A DNA stretch of 63,991 nucleotides, counting the filler, from Bigelowiella natans CCMP2755 (lineage: Eukaryota > Protista > Cercozoa): the NCBI GenBank assembly GCA_000320545.1. It is 6 parts of 6 records of this genome, joined end to end, with 100 filler letters (N's around TTAATTAATTAA, not from the genome) between each part and the next. Parts side by side here need not be neighbours in the genome. Positions count along the whole stretch, not along the records: positions 45,200 to 60,637 come from ADNK01002185.1; positions 60,738 to 62,095 come from ADNK01001586.1; positions 62,196 to 63,991 come from ADNK01002220.1; 3 more parts are not named here. One strand, written 5' to 3'. Shown piece after piece: positions 51,301-63,991 of the stretch. A program made the position numbers and the translations under genes. Below the pieces are notes generated by a model. That model made no database searches. It saw nothing but the letters and a program-made list of their open reading frames with translations, and had not been told where the DNA came from. Each line of letters opens with the position of its first letter. Position 1 is the first letter of the stretch.

Positions 51301-54300
51301 GCGCAAATTCTACACTTCTCATCTTAACAATCATCAAGTAATCATCATCGTCTCATTGATTTCCATCGTCATTTCCCTATTTTCTGCGTGTAGTCGTACC
51401 GAAGTCGTCAATCGCGCCCATGCGCTGGCTCTCCTGGAGATGGCCCTCGTCGTCGTCGTCGTCCCCCCCGCCCATGTCCTCCCACATCAGCTCCCCGCAG
51501 AGGAGAGACAGGATGATCACGGCGTACCCGAAGAGGGTGGTGGTTTGCTCGTTGCCGACGACTCTCACCCGGAAGCGCTCCGGGATCCGTCGCTTGTGCA
51601 GGTAGGACATGACGAAAGGGACGGGGAAACAGAAGGCCATGGAGACGAACGCGGTGGACAGCCTCCCAGACAGGAAGGGCAGCTGCTGCTCCTGGTCGAT
51701 CAGCAGCGCGCACACCGCCATCGTGTTGAACAGCAGGCACAGCAGGATGGACGCTCTCTTCGTGGAGGAGATGTAGTCGCCGTGGTGCCGGTAGAAAATG
51801 GAGAACCACGGGTGCCGGCGGCGGAACCCCCACGTCACCATCTTGCGGAACGCGCCTGCCGACCTCTCGCTGGAGATCCGGCTGATGCGGATGTGGTTGC
51901 TCCGGCGCCAGAAGCTGTCCGACGCCGCGCGGCCCTGCGCGGCGGAGATGCGGAGGTCGTAGTACATCCCGCAAGACACCGCGACGAGGTACGCACCGAA
52001 AATGGCCAGGCACATCACCATCGCCGGGTTCTCGATCGAGTACGCTCTGGGGTCCTCGACGGTCTCGGACGTCGGCGTGTTGATGCGAATGGCGACCTCC
52101 GTGTTGCCATTGAAGGCGGTCAGGTGCGTGCCTGCAGTTAGACATAGTGCGGATGAGTGGGAGGGGGGGAGGTTAGATGCTCACACGGCGATAGAGACGC
52201 GCTGATTATTGCGTGTCGGTTGTGGCAAAGGAGAATAAAGGGACAATGGTTGAAAGTTCATTAGGAGGAAGGAGGGGAGGGGGGGGGGGACGAAGGGGGG
52301 AGGGGGTAGGGATTGTCAGTCGGCTTCTCACTCGCGCACACCAGCCCGCTCTCCCTCCCCACAGAAACTAGCGAGACTCCTGCAGTAGACCAAGCCTCCG
52401 CATCCGTGTCCCAGTATTGGCAGATCACGCTCGCGTTCTCGTTACTCTCCAGCAATCCCAGAATGGACTCGGAGAGGGGGATGCTGATGCGAAACGCTTC
52501 CCCGCTGCTGGCCTGGTTCAGCAGGACGCCGCCCTGCTGGAGCCTGACCGTCACGAGGCCGGTGGCGTTATTGTAAGTCAGGTTTGACGAGGAGGTCACT
52601 GGATACACGCTGCTGCTATTCATCACTCCGACCATGACGCTCACTGGCGGATCCTCCGTGCCGCCGCTGCTGCTCAAACTGCCTAGGTTGGGGACCGTAA
52701 CGCCGGCGCCTGAAGAGGCGTTCAGAGAGCTGCCTGCAAGGCCGCCCGGGGACATCTTCTGCGTCACCAGTGTGATGCGAGGAGACTCGAGCTCCTGTGC
52801 CTGCTCGCCCTCGACTGCACTCTGCAGCTGCGCGTCGCCGAGCGCGCTCAGAATGCCCTCCATCCTCGCGCCAAGGTTGGATCGGGCGCTGTCGTTCACG
52901 TTGCTGCCGCTGCCGGACACGGCGTTGAGGATGTTGCTGAGGCCGCCGAGAGAGGACTGCGACGTCTGCAGCATCACCGCCTCGTCGTCGCTGCCGCCGC
53001 TGCTGCCGCTGCTGCCGCTACTGACGCTAGAGTTGAGGGAGTTTGCGACTGTGGAGAGGATTGAAAGCGCCGAGTTTCGCGCCTCTTCGCTGAGCTCATC
53101 GGCCGACGACACGTCAGTGAACGAATTCACCAGCTGCGCCGCTGCTGCGCCTCCCCCCTCGGCTGCGGCAAGACTGGCGACGCTGCTAAGCAGCGACGCC
53201 CGAGCTGAGGCGAGATCCGCGGGGGATTTTGAGGACGATTTGAGTAGACTAGCAATTCCTGCGGAGAACACGACGAAGCCCTGCACGTCACCAGCGTCGA
53301 GGAGGTTCGTCGCTGAGCTGGATGCCGCGTCAAGGTCGATGTTCGGGGTGCTGACGGCGACTTGGAAGCTGAACGTCGCGGTGGCATCAAGGCCGTCGCG
53401 GACTGAGGCGAGAATGGTCACGTTCGCCGACGACGATGGCGGCGGCGGGGGCAGCACCGTGTCAAAGTATGCTAGCGGTTGGAAGGCTGAGATGTCGGAG
53501 AGATACAGCGATCCCGCCGCAGCCTGATAGCATTGGAAGCGGTACTGCATGGGAAGGTCCTCGTCACTCCACCCCGCGCAAGACAGACGGAACGTATCGG
53601 TTAGCGCAGCTCCGGATGCCGGCGAGCTGTAGCACGTGCCCAGCCGCGGCGCCGCATTGGCAATCACGGACGCGTAGCCAACGCCCGTGTTCCCGTTGCT
53701 GTCAGTCACTGATACTGAGAATCGATAGGTCGCGCCAACCTGCTGGAGCGCGCCGGGCCTCAGCACCAAGTTCCTCCCCGTCACCTCGCTGGAGAGGATG
53801 GCCTTGTTGGATAAGTCGAGCAAGGACGTGTCAGAAGACGCCCAAGCGTAGCTGGAGATTGTTTGCCGCGGCGTCTGCGCTTCAACGGTGGCGGAGAGGA
53901 CCAGTCGGTCCTGTGGGTTGTGCTTACTGCTGCCGCTGCTGGTTGCAGCGCTCACCGCGACGATGGGAACAGCCGTGCTGGTGACATCTACGACCTGCGA
54001 GGCAGTGCTGCTGCGGTTGCCTTCACCCGTCACTCTCACGCTTATAGTGAACGTTGGGGAGGAGGCGGAAGCGAGGGAGAGAGACGATACGTTGAAGATC
54101 GAGGAGCCAGCGGCCTCAGCGCTCTGGCGGATTATGGTGCCGTTTTCAAGGGCGAGCGACCACGCGTAGGTGAGGGGGAAAGATCGATTGTGCGGGTCAT
54201 AAGAGGAGGACGCATCGAAGGCGAAGACTTTCTCGGCGGCCCCGTTGACGACCGGCAGCAAGCGCTTCCACCCGCCTTTGATGCTCGCAACGACATCTCG

Positions 54301-56154
54301 CTGCTCCGTAATCACGATGAAGCTGCGGTTTGTCGAGGCCAGCACCGCGTCACCCGAGAGCGTCTTCGCGGTGAGGATGAAGCCGTAGGTTTTGCCGGCT
54401 TTCAGCGAATACGCTGGGAGCGAGAGATATTGCGATTTCGGATTCGGTATGGCGACCCGGTGGCTGCTGAGCTGCGGGGCGTAGCTCTGGACGTTTTGGT
54501 CAATGTTGGCATCATTCTGCACCACCTGCGTCCACGTGGCCGCGGTCGTCGTGCTAACGCCGCTGGTGCAAGAGGGGGGAGGGGGCTTTATCGTCGTGCG
54601 TATTGTCAAGGCGGCTGAGATGCTGACGCTGGTGGTGACGGCTGGCGTCCAAGCGCTGATTTTGGGAATCGGCTGCGACGTGTAGGAAACAAGCTGCCAG
54701 GCGGTCGCTGTGTGGCCGGTGAAGTCGGTGATTCTCACGGAGAAATTGTACTCACCGGGACCTGCGAGCTGGGCCGTTGATAGCTGGAGGGATTGCTCGC
54801 TCTGCTGCTGCGAGATATCGACTGCGCTGCCGATGGAGGTCCAGCTGTGCAGAAGTCCCCTCCCCCCCCCTCCAGCAGCGACCAAAGCACTCAGGGAAAA
54901 GGCGCCGCAGCTTCCCACGGTGCTCGGGCCTGTGATCTCCGCTTCGAGCAGCGAGTTTGCCGGTCCTTCCAAAACGACGCTCCGTTCCGCAGCGCTCCTC
55001 AGACTGCTCATAGCGCCGTTGCCGACAGCATTCGCGAGCACCGTAAACGTGTCGCCTGGAACCGCGGTATACCCACTTCCAGGGCTGATGAGCAAGGTGC
55101 TGGCCGGAGAGCCCCACGTGCACGCAGCGCCCGACCCGATCAAAGATAGCGTTGCGGGGGATAGAATGGCCGCGCAGCCATTCCCAGTGTCAGGAGCGTT
55201 CGTGACAACGTTGAAGGTGACGGTTATCGATGTTAGGGAGTCAGCAAAAATCGCCGAGAGAGGAATGGGGGACGGTCGCGTTGGCGAGGATGTTGGGGCG
55301 TTTGAGGGGCTGAGAGTCGCCGGACTGCTAGTCGTGGGCGCTTGGGTAGCCCCCTGATATATAAGCAGAGAGATTTCTTCTTTCGCGTGGGCGACCTAAA
55401 TATTTGGGGGAGAATGGTGAGGGAGGAAAAGGTGGAATAAGGGTACGGGGTCAGAGGCAGCAGGCAGAAAAACGACATGCATTACAAGAACACGTGACGC
55501 CGCCACATGACCTCGTCGTCCCTTGACTTCTCTTCCTGCGCTTTAACGTCAACTCCGGTGGAGTCCAGATTTCTCCACCGGGCCGTTGCGGAGTCGGCTC
55601 CGTACGCAGTGAACTGCTTCACGATGAGGAAGGGGAAGGGGATAGACGCGCCGAAGTCGATCCGATGAAAATTTTGGTTGCAACATCTGTCCGTTGTCAT
55701 AGCTTTCAGCGCCTTTCCGCCATATGTTGTGCTGGTTGGTAGGATGGCAAGATAGCCCACCGTCTCGAGGGCGAGAGGGATGGGCAAAGTGTACGTTTCG
55801 GGGGGGTCTAGTAAGAACCGGAAGCTGCTGCTTGTAGCTGATTTCATCCGAGGAGAGAGATACCCGGGATTTGCATTTGTTTGAATTGATGGGATGATCA
55901 TCGGAACAGCTGAGAAAGTGTGCGAAAGGGTGATGTCTTCGTAGATGAGACTGTTGGAGCTCCATGTTTGTGCAGCGATCACCGTCTGGCCGTCATCGAG
56001 TGTCCATACCCCTGGCAGTAAAAGGAATAGAGGGTGAGAGTCCATTGAGAAATGCGTATCAAACGTAAAGTCTCATTTGTTTATTATTGTATCAACGATG
56101 CATGAAAACTTTAATACACCACATGAAAGCGTATAAGGCAGAAAGTTACCCCCG

Positions 56155-56216
<62 letters not shown>

Positions 56217-56763
56217 TGTGATGGGGGAGCGGGGGGCAGGGGAAGGTTGTTGAATAGCAGCAATGATAGTTTACAGTGATCACCTTGTTCGACCACGACG
56301 TAGTGAACCAGCTCATCCCCGTGAATGTCGTCATAACACACGCGGATGCACCCCCTTGTTGGTTCTTGGAGACTAATCTCGAAAGAAGTGTTTGTGACAT
56401 TTCTTATTCTTGGTGTGACAGCAATAGGATCATTGAACTGTCATAAATATATACAATTACGAATCAGAAAAGGAGCAGCAGGGAATAGAGACGAAAGGCA
56501 GGCAAATTTCAGGTCAACGTGCAACGCAAGGTGAGCGGCGAATGGTGCGTCTCAAAAGCAAAGACTTGCAAAAAAAGTGCAGGGGTGAAACCGACCGAAG
56601 CGTCCGATGTAATGACCACGGGGTTTGAAAAATTTGACTGCAGTGTGACGGTGGACCAGCTTCCATTTACTGTTGCTGCACCAAACTCAAGCCAATCGGA
56701 TTGAATTGCCGCAGTTGGTCCTACAATGAACCCAAAAAACAGAAGTAGCTGGTGCGGCCACAT
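48019..56763 (-). CDS. Polycystin-1/PKDREJ-like receptor: signal peptide, beta-rich N-terminal repeats, REJ module, GAIN/GPS, multi-TM region, cytoplasmic PDZ-like domain
   Basis: MWPHQLLLFFGFIVGPTAA (signal); FDASSSYDP, LVLRPGALQ, NAAPRLGTC, FRLSCAGWSDEDLPMQYRF (REJ); CQYWD...WSTAGV...LVCAS|THLTAF (GPS); HPWFSIFYR...SSTKRASILLCLLF (PKD1 post-TM1 motif); SGILGFQYRHLRVVDVLPDCQAAMRGVEPGMLILEVD (PDZ-like). Confidence 0.85.
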
Positions 56764-57362
56764 CCTCTCCAAGACCACCTACGATCCGGCGCGGTCGTGG
56801 TATTCCCCCCTGCAGCTTCCAAAAAAGTCCTCCGTCTTTGTGTGGAGTAAATTCGATAAATTGGTGTGAGGGCAGGTTCTTCTATATTAAACCATGTCTT
56901 CCCGGTAAAAGTCAAAAATACGAATGCGATTATCATGGTGCGACATAGATTTGTTCATATCGCTTCTAAAAAAAAAACCAAATTGTTACCCCTCAGACGT
57001 CATGACTACCGTAAAGGGTCGTTACGTTTCTTCTCCACCAATTGGATGTGTTTCCATTCATGCGACATCGAAAAGCACAAATGCTTTTAGTTTCTCAATG
57101 AAGCGTCCCTTTTCACATGCAACAGTTGGGGTGCGACTTTATTTCGCTTCTTTATCGGCAAAAATCGCCGTCCACAAGTTACCGGTAGTTCTTGCGACAA
57201 GCCTGCAAAAAAGGACGAGGTTTCTGTTCCTGCGACAACACTTAGCAGACGCTTTGCTACATTGCATGGCGAAGAATAGATGCGACATGACATTTTCATT
57301 GTCGTAGAAATACTAAGAGATCATTGATTACGAAGGGCGTGCGTGCTCGCATCGTGCCTTGG

Positions 57363-58515
57363 AATGGCTCTGACCTCTTCCTCTGCCCCCTTGTTTCGAA
57401 AACCGCTCCTCCTCGCCTTTTCGCTAGGTCTCAAAATAGACCAGTATTTATGTAGGGTTGTATTACACTAGAAAAGATCTCGCTCGCAGCGTCATCACCA
57501 TAAAGGGAGATGCTTGCCACGCAATAGATCTCGTCGTTTATTAAACAATTTGTACGCATGAAAGGCTCTCTCGCCAGCGGTTTCAATGACGCTAACGTCT
57601 CAAGAGACATATTTAACATCGGTGAAGATGAAGAGGTAACATAAAATAACTCTCAAGGTTTTGAACATGCTGCATGGGGTTGCGCCAACACTTTTTTTTG
57701 CTATTAGGGGGAAGGTAAAGCGTGGGAAAGCGACCTAGAAAGCGAAGACTATGATGATCTCGAATGGTAATCTGTCCTTTTTTCAGTACAATTCCAAGCT
57801 AGCAAAGCCTTGCTGTGTTTCTTACTAATGTTTATCTTCACATGCCAGCGCTACATGCGATTTTTTGAATTAAAGAAGCATTCCTTCTTCAGGGAGGAGC
57901 TCATGGAAGAACTAAAATCAGATATCCGCTCGAAAATGAAAGGTGGGCATCTAGCTTAATTTGTTCATGGGGAAGAAGCGAGGATCCTATCACAACCAAA
58001 GCGATTGGCATCTCGTCTCTCGTCTCTCTGAAGCAAATACGAGTACCGCGAAGAATGGGACTCACCAAAATCCGTCTCCATTCCTCAAACTCGTTGCCCT
58101 ATGTTGCCTGTATACTTATTACATAGAATTTTCCGTGTTTATTGGAAAGTCCCTCGGTCCTCGAATCTTAGCGGGGGCAATGACAGCAGTCGGGTAAGCC
58201 TCCATCTCAGCGGGTTTGGGAATCATGCAAGAAAAATGCCGTTGCGTTTGTTGTAGATCGAGCCAGCGGCAGAGAGACAGAAACGTTTGTCCTTCTGTCC
58301 TGCGCAGCTTTGGTCGCTCGCAGTACAAACCAATTCCTATTTTTCATCACCGCATTCAGTAGAGAAGAGAGGAGGGCTCTTCCAACGACACATTCTTTAA
58401 CATCAGGTTCTCTTTCCATATGACATTCCCCTACCATGTACGCATGCGGCCTGCGAGGGAGACGAACAGCGTTCGAAAATTCTTAAGTTTGTTCGCCGAT
58501 GCATACATCCTATAA
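57363..58515 (+). CDS. Small hypothetical multi-exon gene
   Basis: Short GT-AG-bounded segments DIFNIGEDEE, GEGKAWESDLESEDYDDLEW, REELMEELKSDIRSKMK. Start and stop are guessed. Confidence 0.35.
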
Positions 58516-58519
58516 CACC

Positions 58520-59100
58520 CGAGCACTAGCTCCGCTAGATAGATAAGGTCTATCTAGCTGTGCTTACGGCCAAAGTGATCAATCGAGTCTTGTCGTCAAA
58601 AGACATTAGACAGGATGTTGTATTCGAAACTGACACAGCCTTGACAATGGACATACGTCGATTCGATAAACGGTGCAGTTCATTGTTCAGTACCTTGCTA
58701 GCTTGTAGGACTACACTTCGTAAGCAGAAACGAATGCAAACATGGACATGTAAACACCACTTGCGTTCAGAATCATCATGTGTGCATCATGCATGGACCA
58801 GACATGTACATCTAAAATAAACGAGGCAATCCCGCATCGGTTTCATTTCGCTAGCCTAGTAGCCATGCTAGCATGGTGGACATTGCAAACTGCAGTCTAG
58901 TCTAGCAGTTTCATATAGGTGTGCTTTGCAGGTGATGATGTATATCTGCGTATGAATGCTAGAATGGCACGGCACATGAGACAGATGTAGCATAGTACGA
59001 CAGATGTATGAATTGAATTTCTAAACAATGGGTGAAGCTATGTGCCACACATAGTTGCATTTACATACCTCACGCAAGCACGTATACATTTAGCTCGAGG
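58520..59100. other. CTAG/CATG-rich island between convergent genes
   Basis: cactagctccgctagat, cgctagcctagtagccatgctagcatg, gtctagtctagc. Confidence 0.6.
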
Positions 59101-59179
59101 TGCGTCCTACTGCTGAACTCACTATGAGATGATGACTATCGTTTCACTATCTCTCCACGCTCACACACCCGCCCTACCC

Positions 59180-60129
59180 TTAGTTGCCATCGTCACCAAC
59201 TTCGTTAACTGTGCGCACTGTCGCAACCATTATGGGCGACGTCGGATCGAAGCTACCTCCTTGATTTCGATGGAGTTCCTCCTGCTGCTGCTGCTGGTGG
59301 TGGTGGTGGTGAATCGTGTAGTGATGATTATCATTACCGCTCATATCTCGAATATAATGAACGGGAGGAGGGGGGTGGGAAAGCGAGGGCCTACTACCAC
59401 CACCACTAGCAGCAGGGGGAGTCGTCGTAGATACAGTATTAGCGACGAGGCTACTCGGAATCTTGGAGCCCCCAGCTACCATGAGTTGCGAGGAAGGGCG
59501 ACCGACTAAGAGAGTGGGGGGGGGGGGTTGATGGAGGTCGCTATGCAGTTGGTGGTGGAGGCGAACCAGCCCGTTGTTGCTGCTGCTTTGCTTCAGCAGC
59601 CGCCGCACGTTCAAACACGCGAGACTGGCATTCTGGATGAACCTACATCGTACGTGTCCAAACACCCCGTGAGTTATATTTCATTTAGGTGATGATGATG
59701 AGGAGGAGGAGGACGAAGTTGTTGTCGTTTTGAGGGGGAAAGAAGGGTGCATATCCTATCCTCCCCCCCCGCTTCTACTCCTGCTTAATGGCACTCCCTG
59801 CCCCCCGCCCCCGACCCTTCCGTCAAAGGCACTGCAGACTTAGAACTGCTGGTGATTTACCCTGTGGCCTCTGAACGAGCCATTTGCAGCTGCTCCTGGA
59901 TACTACCGGTCCGAAACTGGTTGTGGGAGAGAGGGGGGGAGGAGGTTATGAGTTGAGGTTTGAGGAAGGGGGAAGGGGGAAGGGGGAATGAGTAGGAATT
60001 GACAGGATTCCCTCTCTCTCTCTCTCTCTCTCTCCCTCCCTCAGTGAGAATTGCAAAATCGCTCCTCTTTTGCGCTTTGGGATAGAGCAAGGTGCAAACT
60101 GCCGTTGTGGAAGCTCAATTTGTTAGCAG

Positions 60130-60169
<40 letters not shown>

Positions 60170-61381
60170 TATGTACAGATGTTTGTTCAAAGTACTCTTC
60201 GGCGGCTTGGAGTGTATACAGTAGATAATAAATACTACTAATACTTAATATAATATACATATAGTAGTGGCTTTGGTAATACATGGCTTCCAAGGAGATG
60301 AAGTGTCGCTCTACACGTATCAAAGCTATCACGCACCCTCCACCGCAACTCCAAAACCTTTCGAGAAGGAAAGAGAGAAAGAGAGGGGGGGGGGGGAGGC
60401 GGAGGGAGGGGAAAACAAGAGGCGCCGTATGATTCAGCAATATCCTCATCATCACACCATTACTAGGACATCTGGCAGTGGATGCAATGGCATCCTCAAA
60501 GTTGAAATTCAAGGATGCACCCGTGGCACCATCCCAACATCATAATCGCATCGGTGCGATCGTCACAGGGCGCTGCTCTCAGACGAATGGATCTTGGAAG
60601 GTTTCCAAGCAGCTTTGAAGACGCTCAGCTCAGCCTANNNNNNNNNNNNNNNNNNNNNNNNNNNNNNNNNNNNNNNNNNNNTTAATTAATTAANNNNNNN
60701 NNNNNNNNNNNNNNNNNNNNNNNNNNNNNNNNNNNNNTCCCCAGATGGACAACCCAAAAAACCCCCCGATCCCAATGGCCGCCCTCGTGAGAACACCTTT
60801 GTTTCGGCGGCCGAACGGGAAGAACACGACTTCCCCTTCACAACTCCTCATATTTTCATTCTATGCATCATTTACTATGGGAATCGGTGGTTTTTTTGGG
60901 TAGTATATATGGTGATAGGGATGTAAATGTAGTGGTAGTAGTTGTAGTACGGTTTTTTAAGGTTTGGCCGTTGTTTGGTAGGTGCCCACCCATGGCCGTT
61001 CATCACGTACTTGTAGGTGTACTGACGGGAGACGGGGGGGGGGGGGGAGAAGGCAGAAGATAGTTAGTGGTTATGGCATGATATTAGCTCTTGACCTCCC
61101 TCCCCCTTATTGCTGCACGTTATTGATGTAAAACTGTATAGAAGAAAAAGAAGAAGAATTCATTGATGTCTTCTCGTGTGCGCCGGTGAGTAGATGTTTC
61201 TCTTGTCCTCCTCCTTCTCATCCATTGCTGCTAGAACCCACCTTGTCAGTATCAGCCTCTTGCTGTTTTGCGAGGAGGAATCTGCGAATATGAGACAGGG
61301 CAGCACCAAGTAGTACAATGATAAGATTCTATATGTTTAGTGAAATTATTGTATATCTATCGCCTTGACTTACAAACACCG

Positions 61382-61469
<88 letters not shown>

Positions 61470-61774
61470 TCCACTCCCCCCCTCCCTCTCTCACACACGG
61501 TCTCCTCTCCTAGTATTTCCTCAGTTATTGTTGTTGTTGTTGTGACTAACATAAACATGTACATCTATATGCACGTGCGTACCTGTCATTGGAAAAGCCA
61601 AATTGCTTGTGGAGAACAGGACCAGGGATATCGTCCATTCCCTGGGTCATCAACACCACTGCAATGCCGTTGTCCTCATACACGCGATATGGCTGTGGGG
61701 GGGGGGAGGGGAGGGCACGATGATACAACGGTGAGAATGATGATGAAGATGATGATGATAAACAATATATGAGC

Positions 61775-61814
<40 letters not shown>

Positions 61815-62095
61815 ATAAAATGGAAAAAGGATTCCAAAACTCTTTGGATCTCCTCCTCCTCCTCCTCCTCCTCCTCCTCCTTCCATTTCTCCTTTCACAA
61901 ACCGCTTACCTCGCTCAGCAGAACCTCCAGGTTTTTTTGTCCCTGCTCTATTTCCTTCATATAAGGCCCCCAGAGATCCTGCAAAGGGAAAAGCAATACC
62001 ACCAGAAGAAGAAGTGCCAAAAGAGCCAAAAGAAGAAGAAGAAGAAGAAAAATAAATACCTAGGCGCGATCGCAACCTATTTAGCCCCCCCCCCC
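59180..62095 (-). CDS. Exons of unknown identity (possibly the C-terminal part of the upstream kinase gene), split by a gap
   Basis: Minus-strand GT-AG-bounded fragments such as FRTGSIQEQLQMARSEAT, VERHFISLEAMYYQSH and FIQNASLACLNVRRLLKQ; continuity across the linkers is unproven. Confidence 0.4.
60638..60737. other. Artificial assembly linker
   Basis: N44-TTAATTAATTAA-N44. Confidence 0.97.
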
Positions 62096-62195
62096 NNNNN
62101 NNNNNNNNNNNNNNNNNNNNNNNNNNNNNNNNNNNNNNNTTAATTAATTAANNNNNNNNNNNNNNNNNNNNNNNNNNNNNNNNNNNNNNNNNNNN
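62096..62195. other. Artificial assembly linker
   Basis: N44-TTAATTAATTAA-N44. Confidence 0.97.
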
Positions 62196-62682
62196 GTGAA
62201 CTCATCATGTTTATGATTATATGTCTCTCCATCTTGAGAGTTTACAGCGGGATGCGGGGTCGTTTGAGCAATTCCCAAAGGGGACTATTCAGGTGTGCAC
62301 ACATAGTATTAAAGTCATCCTTAAATATGCGGATGAGGAGGAGAGTCCATGATCAGCAATGCATTTGCATCACGGTGATCCTGGGGGTGACGCGCCACCG
62401 CCAAATGTCAGTCTTTTTCATGCATGAAGAGTTACACGAGCATATGGGGGGGGGGAGAGGGAGAGGGAGAGAGAGGGAGGAATGGCATCATGGTGCTCAT
62501 GCTGCTAGTGTTTGCTTAACCTATTATAACAGGACGATGGTTAGAGTCAAGCATGATGTTGTCGGGCTTCAAGTCTCGATGGCATATCTGCGCGTGAGTA
62601 TCATATCACCACACGAAGGCAGGATAATCGTCACTTACACATCAATATCACCATCGTCATCATGGCTATTACACACTTACAA

Positions 62683-62760
<78 letters not shown>

Positions 62761-63400
62761 GCATTTAAAAGAGGTTAGATATCAATGAAGAAAAAGAGAC
62801 AAAAATTTATAATTGGCATTAGCATTCTGGAGAACCAACTGCCACTTCACAACTCTCTACTATCTGTCGGTAAAGCGAAGAAAAGAGGCTCACGATTTCG
62901 CTCAAAAGAAATGTTTTCCTTACATTAGCACCATGCATCGCTTCCACAGCATCTAATACGCAAGCGACGTAGTAACGCGACTGAAAACACAAATATTCAT
63001 TCCGTCAGGTGGAGAGATAACAATAAGAGACGAACCTGGTAGCGGAAATAGAGGAGGAGGAAGAGGAGGAGGAAGAACACGATTTGCTACTTCGCAAACG
63101 TGCGTCTAGAACATTTTTCCAATGGCCTCTATTGTTCTCATTACTCTTTTTTTGATTTTTGGTTGGAAATGGTGGTTAATAATACTACCGTGTTTACATC
63201 CAGACGCTCATTCTTTGTGTGCTTCACCACCTATTCGTTCACGAGGAATCTCAAGTCAATTGGGACGTCGTGCAGCTTGCGAAATTCGTAGTTGTTGTGG
63301 GCGGCTATGCGAAATACAGCAGCGGCATTCATTTCTTCAATGGCGCTCCGCTCTGCCCATTTAGAGAGATCATGCATACATAATCTACCAACCAGGTTGC
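62196..63400 (-). CDS. Partial Ser/Thr protein kinase (catalytic-loop exons); 5' end probably beyond the window
   Basis: Exon ~62521-62587 ICHRDLKPDNIMLDSNHRPVII(D); upstream exons DAVEAMHG and ERSAIEEMNAAAVF. Confidence 0.75.
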
Positions 63401-63991
63401 ATAAATCCATGCCCCCGCACATATATAACACGAACGCGTAGTTGATCGATGCTGATGTTGTTCAAACACAGTAGTAATGAGAAGGAGAAAGACAGACGGA
63501 GGGGGGCGGGCTGTCGATATTGATATTGATACTGTGCATGCGTTGTCGTGCTCTTGTGTGTATAAGTTCTCGTCATGGTGTGGCACATGGTACTACTACA
63601 ATATGGTAATTAAATGCTGTTTACTTGTGAAATACGCGTAAAGGCGGACGATAAATGGGTGTTGTAGCTTATTCAGCTGCTTCAGGCACTCGAGCTCTCT
63701 CCTGATATTATTTATAAAAATAATTGTACATTGCTCTTATCAATAATGCAGACACATTAACATTAAACTCCCCCCCCCCCCCCCTCTCCCTCACACACAA
63801 CACACACACACACACACGCACACACGCACTATGGGAGAATCCCCTTTCCAAAAGGTGGGATTTTTTGTGTATTAATCCACGAAAAGGAGGAGGAGGAGGA
63901 GGAGGAGCATGCTTACTGTATCATAAGCTGATGTCTTTTTTGATCACGACCCCTGATTTATAAACATAAATGTGTGTGTGCGTGCGTGTAT

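Larger units (their letters stand above)
700..63991. repeat. Abundant intronic microsatellites: (CA)n, (GA)n, (TA)n, (CAT)n, (GGA)n, (GAA)n, poly-G/C
   Basis: Directly visible in most gene-body introns, often compound, e.g. (GA)n(TA)n(GT)n at 11171-11350. Confidence 0.95.

Noticed and set aside
51131-55357. Several long plus-strand ORFs (336, 297, 251 and 215 aa)
   Set aside because: Antisense to the GC-rich exons of the REJ gene; expected by-products of codon bias.
12836-62195. Five identical TTAATTAATTAA palindromes flanked by N runs
   Set aside because: Fixed-length synthetic scaffolding linkers with stops in all six frames; not biological.
700-63991. Dozens of short ORFs with poly-H, ER, HT, IY or CV tracts
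   Set aside because: Translations of intronic microsatellites.

Overview
Eukaryotic, intron-dense nuclear DNA from a photosynthetic protist with a complex (secondary) plastid. A nucleus-encoded PsaD with a signal peptide plus transit peptide points to a chlorarachniophyte (Bigelowiella-like); this is an inference. Five 100-nt linkers (N44-TTAATTAATTAA-N44) are artificial assembly joins, so adjacency across them is not guaranteed. About 15 spliced or partial genes are present: WDR4/TRM82, an internal-ENTH protein, a class I/II aminotransferase (5' part missing), an intronless EF-hand/perilipin-like protein, a coiled-coil protein, a FYVE-PH-STE11-type kinase, ataxin-2, a WW-domain 3' end, PsaD with a novel C-terminal tail, an NHL-like protein, a REJ-GPS-TM-PDZ polycystin-like receptor, a partial Ser/Thr kinase and hypotheticals. 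There is also an intact retrotransposon gag and a decayed LINE RT. The strongest unexplained signal is non-coding. Islands of about 0.5-1.2 kb rich in GCTAGC/(GCTA)n/GCATGC sit at every convergent 3'-3' gene junction and around transposon remnants, but not at divergent promoters. In the LINE remnant TpA is almost absent except inside CTAG, consistent with a reverse-RIP-like TA->TG/CA hypermutation that spares CTAG. All gene models were assembled by eye, and exon boundaries and ends are approximate unless stated.
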